A stretch of 32,000 bases of DNA from Opitutales bacterium (GTDB lineage: Bacteria > Verrucomicrobiota > Verrucomicrobiia > Opitutales > PNEW01): NCBI GenBank assembly GCA_965219535.1, contig CBDCNV010000002.1, positions 990,001-1,022,000 on the forward strand, written 5' to 3'. How positions within the stretch are numbered: position 1 is the first letter of the stretch; the number at the start of each line of letters is the position of its first letter. The position numbers and the translations under genes are program-made. Below, in pieces: positions 25,558-32,000 of the stretch. The notes under the pieces were generated by a model. It saw only the letters and a program-made list of their open reading frames with translations, was not told the DNA's origin and searched no databases.

Positions 25558-26115
25558 ATGGATGGAAATTTAAAAAACAAAGTTATAGTTGTAGGTGTTA
25601 CGGGTTCCATTGCGGCCTACAAATCAGCGGATATTGTCAGTCAGTTAAATAAAATGGAAGCTGAAGTATTCGTCGTCATGACACGGGAAGCCAGGGAATT
25701 TATAACTCCGATGACCCTGCAAACGCTGAGCCGCAATCCTGTATCGAGCGATCTTTGGGAGGAAGGTAATGGTTGGCAACCGGGCCATATCGATTTGGCT
25801 GACAAAGCCGACGTTTTATTGGTGGCGCCAGCTACGGCCAATATAATTAGTTGTTTTGCTCATGGATTGGCCCCGGACCTGATCTCTTCCATTTACCTGG
25901 CAACACTTGCGCAGGTCGTTATCGCGCCGGCGATGAATAGTAAAATGCTGTCTCACCCCGCCACACAGTATAACTTGAAAATATTAACTGACCGAGGGAA
26001 TATAATCATAGAGCCCGACCAGGGAATGTTAGCCTGCGGCTATGAAGGCAAAGGCAAGCTTAGCAGCGTAGAGACCATAATCTCTGTAATCGAATCCTGT
26101 TGTTCGCAATCGTGA
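25558..26115 (+). CDS. coaC: Phosphopantothenoylcysteine decarboxylase (stand-alone CoaC flavoprotein, HFCD family)
   Basis: 185-aa ORF with GVTGSIAAYK, GHIDLA, APATANII, APAMN and LACGYEGKG, which are CoaC-domain motifs. No CoaB (synthetase) domain is fused or adjacent. Confidence 0.85.
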   Translation: MDGNLKNKVIVVGVTGSIAAYKSADIVSQLNKMEAEVFVVMTREAREFITPMTLQTLSRNPVSSDLWEEGNGWQPGHIDLADKADVLLVAPATANIISCFAHGLAPDLISSIYLATLAQVVIAPAMNSKMLSHPATQYNLKILTDRGNIIIEPDQGMLACGYEGKGKLSSVETIISVIESCCSQS

Positions 26116-26195
26116 ATCTAGCAGGTATTGCTCGAATGCTTGCTTGCCTGTAAAAAAGATACTCTCTCTAATTATCCTTCTTACGTATTTTTCTA

Positions 26196-29100
26196 ATGGC
26201 ATCCGATACTGATTTTAACTCAGAAGACGAGTCATCCTCTGACTCTAACTTAACGAACGAACTTTTATCGCCCGGTGAAAAATTTGGTGATCACCAGGTT
26301 ATGCAGTGCTTGAGTTATGATGTTTTGAGCGGTCTTTATCGTATGCAGAACATAAAAAACTTTGAAGAAGTCTGTATTGCTGTATTACCGCAAAAAGTAA
26401 GATCCGCCCCCGATTTTAAAGAAAGGTTTGCTGCGGTTGGAGAAAAACTTAAAAAGTTGCAACACCCCAACTTACTCCAGACGACCGGTTATGGTCTGAT
26501 TGACAATCGTTATGTGTTGATCATGGAACCTTTTGCCGGTGCTAACATGGTTGAATACCTGGAGACATTTTCCGAGGAACGTTTAAAGAGTACTGAAGAT
26601 AAAGTTCCCGATACTCAGGGCAATGATAAGAATGTCTTAGCGGATCAGGAATTTGGTCTTCCCGCTCAGGAAATAAAAAATGTCATCAAACAAGCATCTG
26701 AAGCTTTGCAGGTTGCGCATCTGGCCGACGTCACCCATCTTAATCTTAATCCTACCAGTCTCATCAGAGCCTCGGACGGGCAAGTAAAAATCACGGGTCT
26801 TGGCCTAAGTGAAATTTTTGGTCTGGAGCAGTTTAATAAAATCGTTTCGTCCGGGGTACCGGCCGTTCAAATTGGACCACAAAATACCTTAATCAACACA
26901 CGAGAGGCGCTTAGTCCCGAGGTGTTGGATGGTAAAATGGGCGATGTGAACAGTGACTTTTATGGTCTCGGCTTTTGTGCCTACTATCTTCTTACAGGTA
27001 AAAAACCAGGGAAAGATCGCGCGCCCGCCTCAACATTTTCGGCGCGCATTCCTCAAGGATGGGATCAGATTATTAACCGGTGTTTAAATGAAACCTCCTC
27101 GAAACGATATATAAATGCCTTAGCTCTGGTCAGCGATTTGGATAAAGTAGACCGTGCCAGTGCACCTGGAAAAGGCTCCGGGGACACATTTTCACGACAT
27201 ATTGAGAAGATACCGCTCCCTAAAAGTCTGGAAAGGAGACTCGACCCCAAAAAGCTTAAACTGATACGTTTATGTATACTAGGTGCCTTCGCGTTTTTCG
27301 TCGTTCGGATGGCGACATATTCATACTCGGTAATTTTCACTGAGGAAAAATCGGCCACCGAGCGCATAGTCTGGCTTGCAGAGGTAGGAGAGGAGCCAGA
27401 TTTTAAAATGTACGTTTTGCCAAAGATCGCGAAGGTAACATTTAAAAGTCGCGGGAATTCCGCCTATTTCATTCTCAGTGATGGGACCCTCAATGTTAAT
27501 ATGCAACACGACAACTACTCCATCACGGTAGAAGCAAATAATCATAAACCGAGGATGTTTCAACAGCAGATTGGCGATGATCAGATGAACAGTCTGCGCG
27601 TAGCACTGCGACCGGTATGGGCAGTGCTGGAATTGACCGGCAAGGCCGGCGCTAGTGTCCAAGCGATAAATGAAAAAGACGAAAGTTATGAATTAGGTTT
27701 AATTCCTGAAAGCGGAGTATTGCGGGTCGAAGAACTGCTGGTTAGCGGAAACTATAAATTAGTTTTTTCTCTCACTAATTATAAAACTCTAACGGCAGAG
27801 AATATATTTATGCCATTTGATGAATTGAAAGAATATGAGGCAGTATTGGAACCTGTACCCGGGAGATTAAATATCCTCTCTCAACCGTCAGGGGCTATGG
27901 TAATGATTAATGGGGATGAAATGGGTAAAACACCTTTTGAAAAAGGGGATATCCCAATTGGCGTAGCAATGACTATTTCGCTTACCCACGAAAAATACCG
28001 CTCGCTCGAAAAACAGATCGAGTTAAGTCCCGGGCAGGAAGAAGTAGTCGATTTTGGACCGATGGTTCGCAAGACAGGGACTCTTTATGCCCAGTTTAAG
28101 ATCGATGCCAAGGCACCACCACCTGAAGTAATTAATAAATTAGCCATTCGTATCGCCGGTGAAAAATTTACGGGAAGGAATAAATTCACGGAAAATATAG
28201 TTGAGGGTGATCACACGCTCGAGGTCGAACATCCCGATTACAAAATCTGGCGTGGACGCGTTGAAATTAACGACAAGCGAGGTACTCAAGTTAAAGTTAA
28301 CCTCGAATCACGTCCAGGTATGCTCACTTTTGATCTCACCCCCTCTCTGCCATTTGCCCTTCTTGTCGATAGAAGAAAGGTCGAGGTTAAGGATAATGTT
28401 TTCGCTTTTCGTCCCGATCGGGAGTACGAGCTGGAAATTCACATCAAGGACCATCTCACGGCTAAACGCAGAGTGGTGTTTAAACCCAACGAGAAGCAGA
28501 CTTGGAGTGCTACCCTCGTACCCATTTCAGGCCCGGAGAAAAATAAAGCCTGGCAAGTGCCTTATCTGGGTTTAAATCTAAATTGGATCGCTGCCGGTAG
28601 TTTGAGAATAGGGAGTGAATTGACGGAAGAGTCACGTTTGGCAACTGAGGGGCCACGAACGACTATAACGATATCGCAAGGATTCTGGATGGCTAAAAAC
28701 GAGGTGACGCAAATTCAATATTTAAAGGTGATGAAGGAAAAACCCAGTAAATTTCGTGGGACTAATCACCCAGTGGATAGTGTAACGTGGGACAAGGCTA
28801 TGGCTTATTGCGAGAAAGTAACCAAACAGGAACGAGTGGCGGGGAGACTGCCCAAAGGATTCATTTACCGGTTACCTACCGAAGCGGAATGGGAGTATGC
28901 CTGCCGCGCCGGCACCGAAACCCCATTTGCATTTGGTGATCGCGCCGATCCTGATAATGGCAATTTCAAAGGTGGCTATCCCCGCGAATACGCAGAATCT
29001 TTGAGCAGCGATGATATTTATGGATCTAGAGAAGTAGGCCTATATGAACCAAATTCCTGGGGGCTTTTCGACATGCATGGAAATGTAAGTGAATGGTGTT

Positions 29101-29312
29101 ATGATCGTTTTAATTCTCGCTATCCGGGAGGAGTCAAAACCGACTACGCCGGTCCTGAATCAGGCACAGATCGAGTTCTTCGCGGGGGTGGATGGGAGGA
29201 TTTCGCGCAACATTGTAGGTCTTCCAGCCGCAATCGTCGCAACCCGAGCACGATCAGCGCATCGACCGGGTTTCGTTTCGTCCTCGCCCCGAGTCCTAAA
29301 ATGAGTAAATAG
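26196..29312 (+). CDS. Membrane protein: N-terminal Hanks-type pseudokinase domain, one TM helix, PEGA/beta-sandwich repeats, C-terminal FGE-sulfatase (SUMF1/EgtB/PvdO)-like domain
   Basis: 1038-aa ORF. The kinase fold spans about aa 30-315 but its catalytic motifs are replaced (see findings). The TM helix is LIRLCILGAFAFFVVRMATYSYSVIF (about aa 356-381). A PEGA domain is seen at PGRLNILSQPSGAMVMINGDEMGKTPF. The FGE-like domain carries RLPTEAEWEYACRAG, HGNVSEWCYD and RGGGW. Confidence 0.88.
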   Translation: MASDTDFNSEDESSSDSNLTNELLSPGEKFGDHQVMQCLSYDVLSGLYRMQNIKNFEEVCIAVLPQKVRSAPDFKERFAAVGEKLKKLQHPNLLQTTGYGLIDNRYVLIMEPFAGANMVEYLETFSEERLKSTEDKVPDTQGNDKNVLADQEFGLPAQEIKNVIKQASEALQVAHLADVTHLNLNPTSLIRASDGQVKITGLGLSEIFGLEQFNKIVSSGVPAVQIGPQNTLINTREALSPEVLDGKMGDVNSDFYGLGFCAYYLLTGKKPGKDRAPASTFSARIPQGWDQIINRCLNETSSKRYINALALVSDLDKVDRASAPGKGSGDTFSRHIEKIPLPKSLERRLDPKKLKLIRLCILGAFAFFVVRMATYSYSVIFTEEKSATERIVWLAEVGEEPDFKMYVLPKIAKVTFKSRGNSAYFILSDGTLNVNMQHDNYSITVEANNHKPRMFQQQIGDDQMNSLRVALRPVWAVLELTGKAGASVQAINEKDESYELGLIPESGVLRVEELLVSGNYKLVFSLTNYKTLTAENIFMPFDELKEYEAVLEPVPGRLNILSQPSGAMVMINGDEMGKTPFEKGDIPIGVAMTISLTHEKYRSLEKQIELSPGQEEVVDFGPMVRKTGTLYAQFKIDAKAPPPEVINKLAIRIAGEKFTGRNKFTENIVEGDHTLEVEHPDYKIWRGRVEINDKRGTQVKVNLESRPGMLTFDLTPSLPFALLVDRRKVEVKDNVFAFRPDREYELEIHIKDHLTAKRRVVFKPNEKQTWSATLVPISGPEKNKAWQVPYLGLNLNWIAAGSLRIGSELTEESRLATEGPRTTITISQGFWMAKNEVTQIQYLKVMKEKPSKFRGTNHPVDSVTWDKAMAYCEKVTKQERVAGRLPKGFIYRLPTEAEWEYACRAGTETPFAFGDRADPDNGNFKGGYPREYAESLSSDDIYGSREVGLYEPNSWGLFDMHGNVSEWCYDRFNSRYPGGVKTDYAGPESGTDRVLRGGGWEDFAQHCRSSSRNRRNPSTISASTGFRFVLAPSPKMSK

Positions 29313-29371
29313 AAATTGTTTCTGTGTCCGGTTTCTATCGATAACTTTATTGGTATTAATTAAATTACAGG

Positions 29372-29400
29372 TTGATAAGCGGGCTAAATTAATGGATAGT
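29372..29400 (+). promoter_or_regulatory. Candidate promoter of the SRP RNA gene (TTGATA-17 nt-GATAGT)
   Basis: TTGATA lies at 29372-29377 and GATAGT at 29395-29400. The predicted start 6-7 nt downstream coincides with the 5' end of the SRP RNA closing helix (G29406). Confidence 0.4.
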
Positions 29401-29405
29401 TTATA

Positions 29406-29505
<100 letters not shown>

Positions 29506-29627
29506 TTTTTTTATCCACTTGGTGCCGTGGGAATATGGCGGTCTCAGATTTATATTCATATTTTTTTAATTTACGGCGTCAAAATCCCTTGTCTTTATTC
29601 GGCTTGTTTTCACTATAATTATTTTTG

Positions 29628-31034
29628 ATGGAAGCTGGATACCAGGTAATTGCGCGTCGTTGGAGACCTAAGCAATTTGACGATGTAGTCGGGCAGGATC
29701 ATATCGTACGGACGCTCAAGAATGCGATATTAACTGAGCGAATTGCGCATGCTTACCTTTTTGTCGGTCCACGTGGTACCGGTAAAACCAGCATGGCGCG
29801 CTGTCTGGCCAAAGCACTGAACTGTGAGAATGGACCTGTGGTCCAAACGCCGGAAGATTCCCTCATCTGTCAGGATATAATGAAGGGGAATTGTATGGAT
29901 GTAATTGAGATCGATGGGGCTTCAAATAATTCTGTCGATCAGGTGCGTCAACTACGTGAAGATTGCCAATACGCCCCGGCCCAATGCAGCTATAAGATAT
30001 ACATTATTGATGAAGTACATATGCTTTCGGCCTCAGCTTTTAATGCCTTGCTAAAAACCCTTGAAGAACCACCCCCCCATGTAAAATTTATCTTTGCAAC
30101 GACTGAATCACAAAAAATACTGCCGACAATAGTTTCTCGTTGCCAGCGATTCGAGTTCAGACCTATCCCCGCTACAATAATCGTTCAGCAGCTTGTCAAT
30201 ATTGCCGAAGTAGAGAAAATTAAAGTTGAAGAGAAGGCGTTGCACTCAATTGCCCGCTTAGCGGATGGAGGCATGCGTGACGCCCAATCTATTCTTGACC
30301 AACTGATATCATTTTGTGGCAAAGAAATAACGGAAAAGGATGTGCTCGATATCTACGGTCTCGCTTCTGCCGAGCAGGTCGAAGACATTTCAAGAGCTAT
30401 TGCCTCGGCCAATTATGAGGAAATTGTCGCTCGCGTAGATGAAATTGATGCAGAGGGTCGCGACCTATACCGGGTATTGCTTGATCTCCAGGATTTTGTG
30501 CGCTCGGCACTTCTTGAAGCCATACGTCACAAAGGAAAGACCGATAAACTGGGTGCAACGCTAAGCACGGAATCAATCCTGCGATTACTCGACGCGCTTC
30601 ACGCCGGTGAGCCCGCGGTGAAGACAGGTCTGTCAGAAAAAGTTAATTTTGAGATAACATTGTTAAAAGCAGTAGAAGAAAGTCGCGTCCGAGCGATCGA
30701 TTCCCTGATCAAGGAATTCACTGTTCTAGCCACCAGTATTCCAGAAGAAGAGGATCAAAAAAAAAACCTTATAAGCCCAACGATTGAAGAGACCGTATCT
30801 AATTCAGACTCAACGCCAGAAGCTACAGCCTATGAAAACTTGGGAGTCAGTACGAGCCAGGTTGAAGAAGAGGAAGCTTTAGAAATAAATGAATCAGATG
30901 CCGATAGGCAGAATGATGACGATCTCGATAAATGGGTGGACAAAATACCGGCATCGACAAAAAAAATTCTCGAGGAAAAATTTAATGGGAAGTTCGTCAC
31001 CGTGCGCTCGGTGAGTTCGAGTGAGTCTGAATGA
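29628..31034 (+). CDS. dnaX: DNA polymerase III subunits gamma/tau
   Basis: Has Walker A (GPRGTGKTS), Walker B (IIDEVHML) and the SRC motif (VSRCQRF). The start is ATG 29628; the ORF track begins at TTG 29625. The acidic C-terminal tail is short. Confidence 0.93.
   Translation: MEAGYQVIARRWRPKQFDDVVGQDHIVRTLKNAILTERIAHAYLFVGPRGTGKTSMARCLAKALNCENGPVVQTPEDSLICQDIMKGNCMDVIEIDGASNNSVDQVRQLREDCQYAPAQCSYKIYIIDEVHMLSASAFNALLKTLEEPPPHVKFIFATTESQKILPTIVSRCQRFEFRPIPATIIVQQLVNIAEVEKIKVEEKALHSIARLADGGMRDAQSILDQLISFCGKEITEKDVLDIYGLASAEQVEDISRAIASANYEEIVARVDEIDAEGRDLYRVLLDLQDFVRSALLEAIRHKGKTDKLGATLSTESILRLLDALHAGEPAVKTGLSEKVNFEITLLKAVEESRVRAIDSLIKEFTVLATSIPEEEDQKKNLISPTIEETVSNSDSTPEATAYENLGVSTSQVEEEEALEINESDADRQNDDDLDKWVDKIPASTKKILEEKFNGKFVTVRSVSSSESE
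30757..30787 (+). other. Candidate recoding/transcriptional-slippage site in dnaX (A10 run with nearby stops in both alternative frames)
   Basis: A10 lies at 30757-30766, within codons CAA AAA AAA AAC. The -1 frame reads K P Y K P N D and then TGA at 30785-30787. The +1 frame reads T L and then TAA at 30772-30774. Confidence 0.4.
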
Positions 31035-31093
31035 ACAATGATCGGTAAGCTATGATGACGCCAAATTTAAGTTAACGAATAAGGAATTTTTTT

Positions 31094-32000
31094 ATGGCGC
31101 TTTATAAAGAAAAGTTAAAGAAGGGATTTGCCCTTCCAGAATGTGAAAAACATTTTCACGATTTCGACGAAACGTGTATGATTCTAAAAGGCAAAGGCAA
31201 CGGTTATTGGTTAGATCACGAAGGCAATCGGGAAGATTTTGATTTAGAGGAGGGTGACGTTTGGATGATTCCTGCCGGATACGAGCATGGAAGTGAGGGG
31301 CCTAATTCAGAAGATTTCACGATCAGTACTTTTATCGGAACCCAGGCACCAGGCAGTCACCCACCAAAACACTACTATGTCGAAGAAGAGGGATACATCC
31401 CAATGCTACAGCTGGTAAAACATCTCTCGGAGCGTTATACGGTCAACAGTTCCATCCCGGAAACAATGAAAGGGTTGATCTATATTGAAAAAGGTAAAGC
31501 TGCGATACAGGAAGAGCCGACGCCAAATTGTGAAGCCGGGCATCTTTTATGTAAGACTCTCTTTTCAGGGATAACTAACGGAACCGAACGCAATGTGTTA
31601 ACCGGGGGTAGTTACGCAAAGCCTTGGCCCAGCCGTAGCGGCTACCAGGTTGTAGGACAAGTTTTAGAAGTGGGCATTGGCGTGGAAGGATTTAAGACGG
31701 GGGACACGATTTATTCAGGCGAACATAGCGGGCATGTGGAATACTTCAAAGTCCCTGTGATTCCAGGTGAAGACAATAAAATGAAACTGGTAATAAAGCT
31801 CCCCGGAACGATAGAAAAGAAAGAGGCCGCGTTGTTTGGTATGGCTGCCGTAGCCTTGCATGATGTTCGCCGCGCGGGAACAAAACTTGGGGATAAGGTG
31901 CTCGTCGTTGGGGCCGGTCCGGTGGGGCAGTTTACGGCCCAAGCGGCTCTAGCAACAGGCGCGATCGTAAGTATTTGTGATATTAATGTGAAGCGACTGG
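31094..32000 (+). CDS. Cupin domain fused to a medium-chain dehydrogenase/reductase (MDR, alcohol dehydrogenase-like); 3' end outside the window
   Basis: Hand translation from ATG 31094 is open to the window end; it is missing from the ORF track because no stop is reached. Both cupin motifs are perfect: HFHDFDE-x6-G and GDVWMIPAGYEH. The MDR part starts near M125 (MKGLIYIEKG, nt 31466) and has the Rossmann motif VVGAGPVGQF. Confidence 0.8.
   Translation, partial: MALYKEKLKKGFALPECEKHFHDFDETCMILKGKGNGYWLDHEGNREDFDLEEGDVWMIPAGYEHGSEGPNSEDFTISTFIGTQAPGSHPPKHYYVEEEGYIPMLQLVKHLSERYTVNSSIPETMKGLIYIEKGKAAIQEEPTPNCEAGHLLCKTLFSGITNGTERNVLTGGSYAKPWPSRSGYQVVGQVLEVGIGVEGFKTGDTIYSGEHSGHVEYFKVPVIPGEDNKMKLVIKLPGTIEKKEAALFGMAAVALHDVRRAGTKLGDKVLVVGAGPVGQFTAQAALATGAIVSICDINVKRL

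Noticed and set aside
28540-29312. Annotating the C-terminal domain of the 1038-aa protein as a genuine formylglycine-generating enzyme (sulfatase maturase)
   Set aside because: The catalytic C-x4-C pair is D-x4-C here. Kinase-fused members of this family are generally regarded as non-FGE ligand-binding or iron-enzyme-like domains.
29614-29630. TATAAT at 29614-29619, only 8 nt before the dnaX ATG, suggesting a leaderless dnaX mRNA
   Set aside because: There is no convincing -35. The best candidate is TTGTCT at 19-nt spacing, and there is no extended -10. Read-through from the SRP RNA gene or another promoter cannot be excluded. It was not called as a feature.
31715-31942. 75-aa minus-strand ORF near the window end
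   Set aside because: It lies antisense within the MDR dehydrogenase coding region, which has a clear Rossmann motif on the + strand.

Overview
This is a 32-kb chromosomal window from a moderately AT-rich Gram-negative bacterium (GC judged by eye, not computed). The gene content suggests the PVC superphylum (Lentisphaerae/Verrucomicrobia-like). The clues are a kinase-FGE fusion, long-form IspG, a long actinobacterial-type LeuA, a TonB-dependent receptor and many genes without a Shine-Dalgarno. This placement is inference only.

Layout:
(i) 13-7950, + strand. A Fur-family regulator and a Fur-box-like site precede an unusual operon. It encodes a Kelch/NanM-like mutarotase fused to an SSS symporter, a D-lyxose/D-mannose-type cupin isomerase, a PfkB kinase, a small TonB-dependent receptor, a 6-TM protein and a small type-I phosphoribosyltransferase. 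It ends in a perfect (GTGAACA)8 microsatellite.
(ii) 8091-19653, - strand. A housekeeping block: HAD phosphatase, recD2, then uppS-cdsA-dxr-rseP-ispG-rph followed by an orphan LarA homologue.
(iii) 19771-23381. An Mla/MCE-type ABC lipid-transport operon with a STAS-MlaE fusion, a long MlaD and a PqiC-like lipoprotein.
(iv) leuA, with a candidate Leu-rich leader peptide upstream.
(v) Stand-alone coaC, a membrane pseudokinase-PEGA-FGE-like protein, SRP RNA, dnaX with an A10 slippery run, and a cupin-MDR dehydrogenase fusion that runs off the window.

I recognised no CRISPR array, tRNA, rRNA, transposase or phage gene. The best candidate for an undescribed system is the Fur-linked operon at 530-7903. 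Its function is hypothesis only.
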